From Actinomycetes bacterium (GTDB lineage Bacteria > Auribacterota > JAJCYG01), in NCBI GenBank assembly GCA_029263055.1, contig JAJCYG010000036.1, positions 6,708 through 70,707 on the forward strand: DNA of 64,000 nucleotides, in the 5' to 3' direction. Position numbers and translations under genes: made by a program. This document shows, one piece after another, positions 52,683-62,459 of this stretch. Position 1 is the stretch's first letter. Each line of letters opens with the position of its first letter. The notes below the pieces were generated by a model, which made no database searches, was not told where the DNA came from, and worked only from the letters and a program-made list of their open reading frames with translations.

Positions 52683-54497
52683 TTGGGCAAAGAAATGCAC
52701 GTCAAGGCGATTCCTCCTGAGTTTGATTTGATTAAGCAGGAGAACAAAACATTTATCTTAAGAAAAGACCTCGCAGCCCAGCTGCTTGATTTAGATGTGG
52801 GGAATCTTTGGGATTGGACAAACGATCCTGAAAAAGAGGTTCAGTACTATAAGGGGCGGATTCCGGCAGCCGCTGTGACGCTTCCTATTGAGGGTGGATT
52901 GCGTGTGGTTTTGCGCCGTTATCATCATGGTGGGGTTTTGGGGCATTTCCAAAAAGATCGTTATCTTTTTTCGTTCCCTCCTTTAAAAGAAATTGCAGCT
53001 TGTGCGTTTGCTCATGATCAAGGTGTGCCTGCGGTTGAAATTTTAGGTGCTGTTCAAGAAAGAGTGGGGCTGTTTAATCGAATCTACTTGATTACGAAGC
53101 ACCTCCCTGAAGGCTCTGATCTAGGCGAGTTTTTTCGTAAACAATATGAACGGGTTAATTGGCGAGAAAAACATCAAATTATTGAAGAGACAGGTAAGCT
53201 GATTCGTAAGATGCACAATGAAGGGCTTTTTCATTCTGATTTGCACTTAAAAAATATTTATATGTCTCAACAGAACGGGACTAAACAGTTTTATTTACTC
53301 GATTTTGACAAAGCACATGTGGTGCCAAACCTTTCTAAAGAGATGCGTTTAAAAAATCTATTGAGACTAGAACGCTACCTGGCTAAATACTTTTCTGAAA
53401 CCTCTATTTTTACTGCTTCTGATCGCATTCGGTTTTTACGTGCTTACTTTGGTTCAAATCAAGAAGCGCGTGAGTTTGTTGAGCGACATATAAAACAGTT
53501 TCAACGTCATGTTAAAACCCATCAACTTTTGTGGTGGAAAAAAGTAGGCGACCCCCATTGGTGGAGCTATATTTGTATAAGAGGGATGGTTGCTGTTTTA
53601 AACTTAGTTCCTGAACAGTTTTCGTACTCATGCTTTGTGCTTATCTCTAAGATAGCTTACCGAATAGTGCCTAAATTACGTCGACGGATTATGAATAATC
53701 TTAATCTTGTTTATAAAGAAACAATGTCACCCGAAGATAAAGAGCGTTTAGCAAAAAATATAGCAAAGCATCTTGCGTTCTCTTTTGCTGAGTTTACCCG
53801 TTCTTTTTCAATGTCGCGAAAAGATCTGCTTAAGGCTCGAGAAAAGTATGAATTTATTGGCAAAGAAAATGTAGAAGAAGGGCTTAGAAGAGGTAAAGGG
53901 ATTTTGTTTTTGGTTTCGCATCTGGGAAACTGGGAACGGCTTAATTTAGTGGAGTCGTGGTTTGATTTTAAATCTTATGCCTTGGCAAAGCAGATAAAAA
54001 ATAAGTGGTTTGATCAATGGGTGCTTGATATCCGTTCGCGGCTTGGGATTAATGTTTTAAAAGCAAATCGAATGAATCGTGAGATTTTACGCGTCTTAAA
54101 AGAAAATAATACCGTAGCTGTGCTGATTGATCAAAACCCTGGAGCGGGTCGGGGTGAAATGATTCCCTTTATGGGAGTTCCGGCACCGACTAACACCGCT
54201 CCTGCCTTTTTTGCGTTAAAATCAGGAGCAACGGTTTTGCCTGCTTTTTGTTTGCGTAAGAGCCCAGGAGTATTTAAGTTTATTATTGATCCTCCTGTTG
54301 AGTTGATCCAAAAAGAGACTTTTCGAGAATCTTTAACAGCGAATACGGAGCTCTTTGCCAAAAACTTAGAAGAGTATGTGCGTAAAGACCCCGAGCAATG
54401 GTTTTGGGTGCACAACCGTTGGAAAGTGAAAACCAAAAAAGTTAAGAATGACTCCAAAGAGACGCGTCATCCTGAGCGTAGCGAAGGATCTAGTTAA
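52683..54497 (+). CDS. Fusion of a Kdo/WaaP-family LPS kinase domain (N-terminal) and an LpxL/HtrB-family lipid A late acyltransferase domain (C-terminal)
   Basis: Residues about 1-270 have LFHSDLHLKNIYM...YLLDFDKAH (kinase catalytic and metal-binding loops). Residues about 300-590 have FLVSHLGNWER and the C-terminal DPEQWFWVHNRWK, as in lipid A lauroyl/myristoyl acyltransferases. The last 9 codons (TRHPERSEGSS) are encoded by a copy of the dispersed palindromic repeat. Confidence 0.7.
   Translation: MGKEMHVKAIPPEFDLIKQENKTFILRKDLAAQLLDLDVGNLWDWTNDPEKEVQYYKGRIPAAAVTLPIEGGLRVVLRRYHHGGVLGHFQKDRYLFSFPPLKEIAACAFAHDQGVPAVEILGAVQERVGLFNRIYLITKHLPEGSDLGEFFRKQYERVNWREKHQIIEETGKLIRKMHNEGLFHSDLHLKNIYMSQQNGTKQFYLLDFDKAHVVPNLSKEMRLKNLLRLERYLAKYFSETSIFTASDRIRFLRAYFGSNQEAREFVERHIKQFQRHVKTHQLLWWKKVGDPHWWSYICIRGMVAVLNLVPEQFSYSCFVLISKIAYRIVPKLRRRIMNNLNLVYKETMSPEDKERLAKNIAKHLAFSFAEFTRSFSMSRKDLLKAREKYEFIGKENVEEGLRRGKGILFLVSHLGNWERLNLVESWFDFKSYALAKQIKNKWFDQWVLDIRSRLGINVLKANRMNREILRVLKENNTVAVLIDQNPGAGRGEMIPFMGVPAPTNTAPAFFALKSGATVLPAFCLRKSPGVFKFIIDPPVELIQKETFRESLTANTELFAKNLEEYVRKDPEQWFWVHNRWKVKTKKVKNDSKETRHPERSEGSS
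54463..54492 (+). repeat. Third arm of the dispersed palindromic repeat (CGCGTCATCCTGAGCGTAGCGAAGGATCTA), inside the 3' end of the kinase-acyltransferase CDS
   Basis: 28 of 30 nt are identical to arm 1 at 42627. It supplies the stop-proximal codons of one gene and the SD region of the next. Confidence 0.5.
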
Positions 54498-54498
54498 T

Positions 54499-55506
54499 AT
54501 GAAAATACTTGTCCGCATGACCAACTGGGTAGGGGACTGTTTGATTGCCACACCTGCTTTGCGTCAAATCAGAGCGCTTTATCCTGAGGCTCAAATAGAT
54601 GTACTGGTGCATCAAAAAGCCGTTTCGATTTTTGACAATAATCCCCATATCAATAAGGTGATTGGATTTCATTTTTCAAAAGGACTTAAAGGAATTAAGC
54701 AACGCTTTGATTTGGCTTATTCATTAAAAGAAGAAGCTTATGACAAAGCGTATATTTTTCCTCGTTCTTGGGATAGTCTGTTGCTCCCTTTTTTAGCAAG
54801 AATTCCTGAACGAATTGGCTATGCCAATCAAGGTAGAGAAATGTTGCTGACTCAATCCAAAAAAAGAGTTCAGTCGGTTCGTCAAGGACATCAAGCAGGC
54901 TATTATTGGAATTTAGTGACAGGAACGTCTGCGATTCCTAAAGAAGAGATTAAAGCAGACTTTGTTTTGGATATATCCGCAGAAGAATGGGCTAAGGAAA
55001 CATTTAAAGAAAGCTTTTCAGGAAAAAAAGTGATTGGGATTGCGCCAGGGGCGACTTTTGGTTCAGCAAAAATGTGGCTGCCTGAGCGGTTTGGTGCCGT
55101 GGCTAAAGAATTATTGCGGGATCCGAATATGGCCGTGGTCTTTTTTGGAGGCCCTAAAGAAGCTGGTTGGATTAATGCTTTAGCTGATAAAATACCTCAT
55201 GTGGTTTCGTTTGCTGGTAAGACTCAGTTGCAAGAATTAGCTGCTTTAATGAAAGCGTGCAATGTGGTGTTGACCAATGACAGTGGGCCTATGCATGTGG
55301 CAGCAGCGGTAAAAGTTCCTTTAGTTGTTTTGTTTGGCTCGACTAATTATGAAAACACCGCTCCAATGGGTGGACATACATTGATTCATAAACGTGTAGC
55401 TTGCAGCCCTTGTTTGTTAAGGCATTGTCCTATTGACCATCGGTGCATGAAACAGATTGAAGTTAATGAGGTTGTTGAGGCTTTACAGGAGAAAGTAGCA
55501 TCATGA
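54499..55506 (+). CDS. GT9-family glycosyltransferase (heptosyltransferase II / WaaF-like)
   Basis: MKILVRMTNWVGDCLIATPALRQI... and the C-terminal ...LVVLFGSTN...LIHKRVACSPC. Start at 54499; AAGGA upstream lies within the repeat. Confidence 0.75.
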   Translation: MKILVRMTNWVGDCLIATPALRQIRALYPEAQIDVLVHQKAVSIFDNNPHINKVIGFHFSKGLKGIKQRFDLAYSLKEEAYDKAYIFPRSWDSLLLPFLARIPERIGYANQGREMLLTQSKKRVQSVRQGHQAGYYWNLVTGTSAIPKEEIKADFVLDISAEEWAKETFKESFSGKKVIGIAPGATFGSAKMWLPERFGAVAKELLRDPNMAVVFFGGPKEAGWINALADKIPHVVSFAGKTQLQELAALMKACNVVLTNDSGPMHVAAAVKVPLVVLFGSTNYENTAPMGGHTLIHKRVACSPCLLRHCPIDHRCMKQIEVNEVVEALQEKVAS

Positions 55507-56693
55507 AGATTGCCATTGTGATTAAAGACTGTGCGTTTGCAAAAGGGGGAGCTGAACGGTATGCTTCGCGGTTGTTGTGGCGTTTGTCTGAATCAACCAC
55601 GCATGACGTGCACCTTTTTTCTCATTCGTGGGATGCTAAGTTAGAAGAGCGGATTCAATGCCATTTTGTTTCTTATACACATAAGCCTGGTTTTTTAAAA
55701 CAGATCAGCTTTGCTAAAAATGTAACCAAACAACTTGAGAAATATAACTTTGATTTGGTTTTAGGGCTGACTCAGTTTTTACCTATGGATATTTTTAGAA
55801 CCGGAGGTGGGTTCTTTTTATCTTATATAGAGCATCGTTTTACTGATTTAAGAACACGTTTCTTAAAGCGATGGACCCCAAAAGCAGCAGCCATGATTCG
55901 ATTAGAAGAAAAAATTGTGCATTCGCCTAAGACGTATTCTTTTATGGCTAACTCACATATGTGTCGTGATGAACTTGTGAATCGCTACAAGGTCAATTCT
56001 GATCGCATTCATGTGATTTACAATGGAGTGAATCACAAACAGTTTAATACGGTTCATATGCGTCGGCATCGTCAGGCGATTCGCAAGCAATATGGTATTT
56101 CAGAAGAAGAGGTCTTAATTTTATTTGTGGGTAATGGGTTTAGCCGAAAAAATTTAGACACTGTGATTCAGATGGCTAGTAAATTAGGTGAAGATCTAAA
56201 TCGTTTTCGATTTGCAGTTTTAGGTAAAGGGCGTATTGGTCTTTACCGAAGAAAAGCCAAAGAGTTAGGGGTTGAGTCTCAATTTCTTTTTGTTGGTCCC
56301 CAAGAAAATGTGCATGAGTGGTATTTGGCTTCTGATGTGTTGATGCACCCTGCCATTTATGATCCTTGTTCCAATGCTTGTTTAGAAGCGCTCTCATGTG
56401 GTTTGCCTGTGCTCACCACAAAAACCAATGGAGCTTCTCACTGGATTGAAAATGGAACCAATGGATATGTGATTGAGGATCCGCGCGATGCGGTTGCTTT
56501 TGCTGAAAAGGCAAAAATATTTTTAGACACGGTACGAAAAGAACGGATGCGTCATGACGCCCCAGGAACCGTGGTTTCTTTAACTGATGAAAACCATGAT
56601 GCTGCCTTGATTGAACTGCTTGAAAAAACATATCAACTCAAACAAAAAGTTGAACATTTAAAAGTAGAGTCTCCTTTTTATGCCAAGCATTGA
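55503..56693 (+). CDS. GT4-family glycosyltransferase (WaaG/RfaG-like)
   Basis: C-terminal E-x7-E region ...PCSNACLEALSCGLPVLTT. Confidence 0.7.
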   Translation: MKIAIVIKDCAFAKGGAERYASRLLWRLSESTTHDVHLFSHSWDAKLEERIQCHFVSYTHKPGFLKQISFAKNVTKQLEKYNFDLVLGLTQFLPMDIFRTGGGFFLSYIEHRFTDLRTRFLKRWTPKAAAMIRLEEKIVHSPKTYSFMANSHMCRDELVNRYKVNSDRIHVIYNGVNHKQFNTVHMRRHRQAIRKQYGISEEEVLILFVGNGFSRKNLDTVIQMASKLGEDLNRFRFAVLGKGRIGLYRRKAKELGVESQFLFVGPQENVHEWYLASDVLMHPAIYDPCSNACLEALSCGLPVLTTKTNGASHWIENGTNGYVIEDPRDAVAFAEKAKIFLDTVRKERMRHDAPGTVVSLTDENHDAALIELLEKTYQLKQKVEHLKVESPFYAKH

Positions 56694-57513
56694 AATCTTT
56701 CAACCTTACAAGCAAGCCTTTCTAGAAAAAGACCTAGAAACCTTTGAACAAGTCATGGCTCTTGTTAGTGATCAAACCTTTAAAGAAAATAAACACCGCA
56801 GTGTGGTTAAGTTTTCTCTTTGGTATGAAGACAAAGAGAGTGCTTTCTTTTGCAAACGCCATTTCAAACCAGAAAACAAAGACAAGTGGAAAGATCTCTT
56901 AGCCTTTAAATGGTCTCCATCCGACGGAAAACAAGAATTAGATAACATTAAATTAGTGACTGAACTAGGTATTCCAACCATGACCCCTGTTGCATGGGGA
57001 GAAGAAGAAGGCTCTTCTTTTAATCGAAAATCATTTTTAGTTACAGAGAGTTTAGGTGAGCTAGAACGCTTAGAAGATTATCTCGTGCGTAAATACGGCA
57101 AAGAATTAAATGCTCAAGAACGAAAAGAAAAACAAGCCTTAATCCAAAAAGTAGCAGAGATGGCAAAAAAGTTTCACGGTGCCAACCTCTGCCATCGCGA
57201 TTTTTACTGCGGCCACTTTCTAGTTAAAGAACAAAAAAACGATTTACCGATTCTTTACTTAATTGATTTGCAACGTGTGCGTAAGTATTGTTATTTAAGA
57301 CGCCGCTGGAAAACCAAAGACTTAGCCGCCTTAAACTTTACCGCCTTTCCCGAAGCCATCTCAAAAACCGACCGCCTTCGATTCTTCTACACCTATTTAA
57401 ACGTAATGAAACTAACCCGCTCCCACAAACGCTGGATTAACCAAATCCTCACCCGCACCCAAAAAATGGACCGCCACACCTCCAAAAAACGCCAAAAGTA
57501 CCTAAATTCTTAG
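56680..57513 (+). CDS. Kdo/WaaP-family lipopolysaccharide kinase (InaA/KdkA/WaaY-like)
   Basis: LCHRDFYCGHFLV...ILYLIDLQRVRK. 277 aa. Confidence 0.7.
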   Translation: MPSIEIFQPYKQAFLEKDLETFEQVMALVSDQTFKENKHRSVVKFSLWYEDKESAFFCKRHFKPENKDKWKDLLAFKWSPSDGKQELDNIKLVTELGIPTMTPVAWGEEEGSSFNRKSFLVTESLGELERLEDYLVRKYGKELNAQERKEKQALIQKVAEMAKKFHGANLCHRDFYCGHFLVKEQKNDLPILYLIDLQRVRKYCYLRRRWKTKDLAALNFTAFPEAISKTDRLRFFYTYLNVMKLTRSHKRWINQILTRTQKMDRHTSKKRQKYLNS

Positions 57514-57642
57514 GTGAGATGTATTGAGAGAAAACAGGTGTTTCTGTATCTTTTTGCACTCTAATAACTTAGGACTTTACCGTGGTGATTTTGAGGTAAT
57601 TGCGGTATGCTAGTACGCTTGAAACCTGAAGGATGAGGGATT

Positions 57643-58338
57643 ATGACATTAACTTTAGAAACAGAAGAAGAGACCAAAATGAAAGATAAAGTGGTTACCA
57701 GTTGGAGTCATCTTTATAAGCGCCGTAGAGAGATCTATAAAGCATATCCTGATTTTTGGAAAATCAAGGTTAAGAAGAAAATCGTTAACATTATTTATGA
57801 AACGATTGAAGAGTATAAGCAAGATGATGTGAGTAAGATCTGTGCTTTAGATGTGGGGTCGAATGACCGCGTCATGGGCGAAAAGATCAAGAAAAAGTAC
57901 CCTCAGTTTAATTATGAGAGCATGGACATTGATCAAGAGCAACATCATGATTACTATGACTTGGATAAGATTGATAAAAAATTTGATTTGGTTCTTTCTT
58001 TTGAAGTGATTGAGCACATTGTGTTTGATGAAGGGATTGAAATGCTCCAAAAGGTTTATGATTTGCTTAAGCCGGGTGGGAAGCTGATTGTTTCAACACC
58101 TAATGTGTTTCATCCTAACCGCTACTGGGAATATTCTCATAAAGTTTCTTACCGATATGATGAGCTCGGGGGAATTTTGCTTTCGCTCGGTTTTAAGATC
58201 AACCACATTTATCGTATTTATAATGATGCTTACTTCAAGCGTCTTTTTAGATTGTGGTTTGCAGCACCGCTGCATCAATATCTCTGTGTTGATTTTGCCA
58301 AGTCGATTCTTGTGGTGGCTGAAAAACCAGCTGATTAA
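57643..58338 (+). CDS. Class I SAM-dependent methyltransferase
   Basis: ALDVGSNDRVMG (motif I) ... LLKPGGKLIVSTPN. Confidence 0.7.
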   Translation: MTLTLETEEETKMKDKVVTSWSHLYKRRREIYKAYPDFWKIKVKKKIVNIIYETIEEYKQDDVSKICALDVGSNDRVMGEKIKKKYPQFNYESMDIDQEQHHDYYDLDKIDKKFDLVLSFEVIEHIVFDEGIEMLQKVYDLLKPGGKLIVSTPNVFHPNRYWEYSHKVSYRYDELGGILLSLGFKINHIYRIYNDAYFKRLFRLWFAAPLHQYLCVDFAKSILVVAEKPAD

Positions 58339-59328
58339 ATGAAAATTTGTTTTCTCATCCAGCGCTTTGATAAGCCTAGCAGTCGTTATCGCGTTCTTCA
58401 ATTTCTTCCAGAGCTTGAAGCTGCTGGTTTTGATGTTGAAGTAATGGAAACCTCTGGAAAGTTTTGGCAACGACTTAAAGTTTTAAAAAAAGCGCAACAA
58501 TTCCCTCTCGTGTTTATTCAAAAAAAATTATTCCATGCTTTTGAGTTGAAATGGCTCAAGGCAAAAGGGGCGCAGCTCTTTTATGATTTTGACGATGCGA
58601 TTATGTTTCGGCATAAACCTGTTCCTGGAAGTTATTCTGCAACGCGCCATAAAGAATTTGTTTCTATGGTCAATGCCTGTCAAAAAGTTTTTGCGGGTAA
58701 TCATTTCTTAGAAGAAAAAGTTAAAGAGCTTTCAGGCGATGCTGTTTATTTGCCTACAGTGGTTGATTTGGATCAACATCGGATGAAGACAAATTGGGGT
58801 GACTTGCAGTCTATTACACTCGGATGGTTGGGAAGCCCTTCTACATTAATTTATTTAGATCAAATACTACCTGCTCTAACCGAGTTGTCTAAAAAATACC
58901 TACAGATTGAATTAAAAGTTGTTTCAAGTGCTTTTCCTGAAGTGAATGGTTTGCCGTTGATTAAAAAAGAGTGGTCTAAAGAAGAGGAAGAAGCTGATCT
59001 GCATTCGTTTGACATTGGGCTTGCCCCTTTAAATAATGATCCCTGGTGTGAGGGGAAATGCGGATTGAAGTTGTTGCAGTATATGGCGTGTGGATTGCCT
59101 ACAGTGAGTTCTCCTTTTGGAGGCCAACGCGATATCATTGAAGATGGAAAAAATGGGTTTTCAGCTAAGACGCTTGATGAGTGGCAAGAGAAGTGTGCAA
59201 CATTGATTGAAGATGTGGCTAAGAGAGAATCACTCGGTCGTGAGGCAAGAAAAACAGTTGAAGAAAAATTTTCAAAAAAGCAAGCAAGTCAAAAATTAAT
59301 TCAGGTGTTAAATGAAGTCAAAAATTGA
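58339..59328 (+). CDS. GT4-family glycosyltransferase (C-terminal GT-B domain recognisable)
   Basis: LGWLGSPST...KLLQYMACGLPTVSSPFGGQRDIIEDGKNGF. Confidence 0.65.
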   Translation: MKICFLIQRFDKPSSRYRVLQFLPELEAAGFDVEVMETSGKFWQRLKVLKKAQQFPLVFIQKKLFHAFELKWLKAKGAQLFYDFDDAIMFRHKPVPGSYSATRHKEFVSMVNACQKVFAGNHFLEEKVKELSGDAVYLPTVVDLDQHRMKTNWGDLQSITLGWLGSPSTLIYLDQILPALTELSKKYLQIELKVVSSAFPEVNGLPLIKKEWSKEEEEADLHSFDIGLAPLNNDPWCEGKCGLKLLQYMACGLPTVSSPFGGQRDIIEDGKNGFSAKTLDEWQEKCATLIEDVAKRESLGREARKTVEEKFSKKQASQKLIQVLNEVKN

Positions 59329-60292
59329 TGTGAGCATTTGTATTGTTAATTGGAATGCTGGAGATTTTTTGGGTCGATGCTTAAAGTCTATCCAAGAGAC
59401 AACGGCGAATCTTTCTTGCGAAACGCTTGTGGTGGATAATGCTTCATCAGATGGTTCCCAAATTGGCATTGCAGAAAAATATCGCAATGTCACGCTCATT
59501 GAAAATAAAGATAACCGTGGGTTTGCCACAGCAAACAATCAAGCGTTAGACATTTCAAAAGGGGAGTGGGTCTTTTTTCTTAATCCTGATACAGAGTTGT
59601 TGCCGCATTGTTTAGATGATTTGCTTCTGTATTTAAAAGAACATTCTAGTGTGGGGATTGTTGCCCCAAAGTTGCTTAATTCAGATGGATCAATACAGCG
59701 TTCTGTGCGCCGCTTTCCTAATTTTAAAACAGCCTTTTACCGTTATACGTTTTTAAAAAAACTAGGTCTGTTTAAAAAGGATGAATTGCTGAATAAAATG
59801 AAGGGGTTTGATTTTTCTAAAGAGCAGTCTGTGGAACAACCTGCGGGAGCCGCTCTTTTTATGCGCAAAGATCTTTTGGATAAAGTGGGCTGGATGGATC
59901 CCGAGTTCTTTCTCTTTTATGAAGAGGTTGATCTTTGCTATCGAGTAAAAAATAGAGGCTATGAGATTACTTATTATCCTAAAGCAGAAGCAATACACCA
60001 TAGTGGAAAGTCGCGGCAGAAAAATAGAAAGAATATCTTTTTGCCCACTGTAAAGAGCCTTTTTCACTATTTTAATAAAAATGTAGGCATTAAACAGACT
60101 CGTCGTTTTAAGTGGGTCTTTAAACCCTTATTTATTCTTTCAACCATTTGGGATGTGTTGGAAGAAGCGCTCTCTTATCTTGTTTACCGAATCAAAAAAG
60201 ATGAGTATAGAGCAAATCGTAAAAAACAACTTTTTTCATTAAAAGCAGAATTCTTAAAAAAAGATCTGTTTGAATTTTTATTTAAGGCCTAA
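59312..60292 (+). CDS. GT2-family glycosyltransferase (paralog of 61515..62459)
   Basis: VSICIVNWNAGDFL...VVDNASSDGS...NRGFATANNQAL...FFLNPDTEL. Confidence 0.75.
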   Translation: MKSKIDVSICIVNWNAGDFLGRCLKSIQETTANLSCETLVVDNASSDGSQIGIAEKYRNVTLIENKDNRGFATANNQALDISKGEWVFFLNPDTELLPHCLDDLLLYLKEHSSVGIVAPKLLNSDGSIQRSVRRFPNFKTAFYRYTFLKKLGLFKKDELLNKMKGFDFSKEQSVEQPAGAALFMRKDLLDKVGWMDPEFFLFYEEVDLCYRVKNRGYEITYYPKAEAIHHSGKSRQKNRKNIFLPTVKSLFHYFNKNVGIKQTRRFKWVFKPLFILSTIWDVLEEALSYLVYRIKKDEYRANRKKQLFSLKAEFLKKDLFEFLFKA

Positions 60293-60294
60293 TT

Positions 60295-61539
60295 ATGCGT
60301 CTTTTTCATAAAATTTATATGAGTCTATTTTTTCTAGCTCTCACCGCTCTTTTGTTAAGAGGGAAGGCGTTAAAATGGTCTGTGGGCTCTATTGATATTA
60401 GTTGTTCTTCTGTTAAAAATATCCTCTTTGTTTTATTGGGACTCGGCCTTGTGTTTTTTATCACATCAAAAATGTGGCAAAAGATTAACTGGAAATCACC
60501 TCTTTTGATTTGCAGTGGTCTGGCTTTATCTATATCGGTTTTCTTCTCTGAAAACATTGGAGAGAGTGGGGCTACATTGGGTGTGGTTGCTTGTTATGTG
60601 GGATTCTACTTTATAGTACGGGGCATTCTCCAAACAAAGCAGCATTTGATTTGGTTGATTGCTCTGTGGAGCGTGCTCTCGGTTTTTGTTTGTTTCTTTA
60701 ATATCGGCTATTTTTCATATGTGGCTCTGAATTCGCCCGTGGTCCCCATCTTAGAAGACTTTCCTTTTTGGCCTGGTAAAAATATGCAGGGTATCTTCTT
60801 GGTTTTAAACGCTTCCTTAGCACTGGGGATATTATTAGAAGCAAAAGATCTTAAGAAATCGATTCGATTGTGGGCCTTTTTTGTTCTCTTAGTCAATTTA
60901 GCTGCACTGACCATTACATTTTCTCGAGGAGCCTGGGTAGCTATGGTGGCGGTCTTTGTGGTGCTTATTTTTCACCGCCCTAAAATATTTGCTCCTTTAT
61001 TTGGAATTGGAATCGTGTTGTTTTTGTTCTTTGCTCCTTATGGTTTAAAAGGGCGATTGACTTCTATTGTTGATCTTAAAGAACACAATATTCAAGAGCG
61101 TTTTAATATTTGGCAAAGTGGCTGGGATATGGTTCAAGACCATCCGTTTACCGGCGTTGGTTTGGGTAATTTTTACGAGCAGTATGTGAACAAGTATAAA
61201 ATGGATGGTATTCGATTAGAATGGGCAGGGGAACATGCTCATAATCTTTTCTTACATGTGCTTGCTGAGATGGGGCCTTTAGGGCTCATTGTTTTGCTTT
61301 GGTTGTTTCTTCGATTCTTTATTCAAGGGTGTCGTAACTATGCTCAACAAGAAGACCTCACTTTAAAGGCAATTATTTTTGGAGCCAAGCTTGCTTGTGT
61401 TGGCTTCTTTGTTTATTCATGGGTTGATTCCACATTTAATGGAAATTTTTCTCATACATCAATGTTTCACGTAAATTTATGTTTTATGATTATTCTTGCA
61501 CTTATGGTATTTAAATGGCCGAAATCTCAATCATCATAG
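60295..61539 (+). CDS. O-antigen ligase-family (Wzy_C / WaaL-like) membrane protein
   Basis: About 10-12 TM helices with the FSRGAWVAMV loop motif and a periplasmic loop ...GVGLGNFYEQY...HAHNLFLHVLAEMG. Confidence 0.7.
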   Translation: MRLFHKIYMSLFFLALTALLLRGKALKWSVGSIDISCSSVKNILFVLLGLGLVFFITSKMWQKINWKSPLLICSGLALSISVFFSENIGESGATLGVVACYVGFYFIVRGILQTKQHLIWLIALWSVLSVFVCFFNIGYFSYVALNSPVVPILEDFPFWPGKNMQGIFLVLNASLALGILLEAKDLKKSIRLWAFFVLLVNLAALTITFSRGAWVAMVAVFVVLIFHRPKIFAPLFGIGIVLFLFFAPYGLKGRLTSIVDLKEHNIQERFNIWQSGWDMVQDHPFTGVGLGNFYEQYVNKYKMDGIRLEWAGEHAHNLFLHVLAEMGPLGLIVLLWLFLRFFIQGCRNYAQQEDLTLKAIIFGAKLACVGFFVYSWVDSTFNGNFSHTSMFHVNLCFMIILALMVFKWPKSQSS

Positions 61540-62459
61540 TTAACTGGAACACCGTTCAGTTGCTGCAGAAATCTCTTCAATCGATAGAGGGTTTGAAGAG
61601 CTCTCTATCGATTGAAACGATTGTGGTTGATAATGGTTCTTCTGATGAAAGTGTGGCTTTGGTTAAAGAAAAGTTTCCAAAAGTTCTCCTTATAGCCAAT
61701 TCAAAAAATGAGGGATTTGCTACAGCCGTTAATCAAGGACTTCAGAAAAGCCAAGGGCAATCCATTTTATTGCTTAATAGTGATGCGCAATTAGTTGAAG
61801 GAACCTTGGAAAAATTAAAGAAAGTTTTAGATTCAGAGCCTAAAATAGGGATGGTTGGAGCTGATTTAGTTTATGAAGATGGCCGTCATCAAAATTCAAT
61901 CGATCATTTTCCCAACTTGGCAACAGAGCTCTTTAATAAAAGTGTGCTGAAACTCTTTTTTTCTAAGTGGTATCCTGGCAAACGTTCAGGTTTTGATCAG
62001 CCGATTAAAGTCCCTTCGTTGATAGGGGCAGGTCTCTTTCTTAAAAGAAAAATGGTTGAAGAGATAGGTCTCTTGGATGAAGGTTATTTTTTCTTTTTAG
62101 AAGAGACAGACTGGTGTTATCGAATGAGACAGCAGGGATGGACGTCATTCTTTGTTCCTGAAGCTAAAATTATTCATCTTCAAGGGCAAAGTGCTAAAAA
62201 GCATCCGTGGCGTTCACGTGTTGAATTTTATCGTTCACGTTATCGTTTCTTTAGAAAGAACTATGGTTTCTTTTCATATTTGATTTTGCTTGTTGGATTG
62301 AATATTCGTATTTTGTTGGAGCTTCTATTTACAGGATTAGTTGTGTTACTTTCATTAGGGTTTTGGCGTGATGGTCGAAAACGATTTTCACGTTATGCTG
62401 CTTTATTGGGTTGGCATCTTATGGGGTGCCCAAAAAAGATGGGGCTTTCGGTTTTGTGA
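61515..62459 (+). CDS. GT2-family glycosyltransferase (paralog of 59312..60292)
   Basis: ISIIIVNWNTVQLL...VVDNGSSDES...NEGFATAVNQGL...LLLNSDAQL. Confidence 0.75.
   Translation: MAEISIIIVNWNTVQLLQKSLQSIEGLKSSLSIETIVVDNGSSDESVALVKEKFPKVLLIANSKNEGFATAVNQGLQKSQGQSILLLNSDAQLVEGTLEKLKKVLDSEPKIGMVGADLVYEDGRHQNSIDHFPNLATELFNKSVLKLFFSKWYPGKRSGFDQPIKVPSLIGAGLFLKRKMVEEIGLLDEGYFFFLEETDWCYRMRQQGWTSFFVPEAKIIHLQGQSAKKHPWRSRVEFYRSRYRFFRKNYGFFSYLILLVGLNIRILLELLFTGLVVLLSLGFWRDGRKRFSRYAALLGWHLMGCPKKMGLSVL

Noticed and set aside
54131-54672. ORFs 54131..54457, 54366..54551 and 54490..54672 on the minus strand, including a peptide containing FATLRMTRLFG
   Set aside because: They are antisense to the kinase-acyltransferase and GT9 genes. 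The FATLRMT-type translation is simply the reverse-strand reading of the dispersed GTCATCCTGAGCG repeat, so the repeat generates the ORF and it is not a gene.
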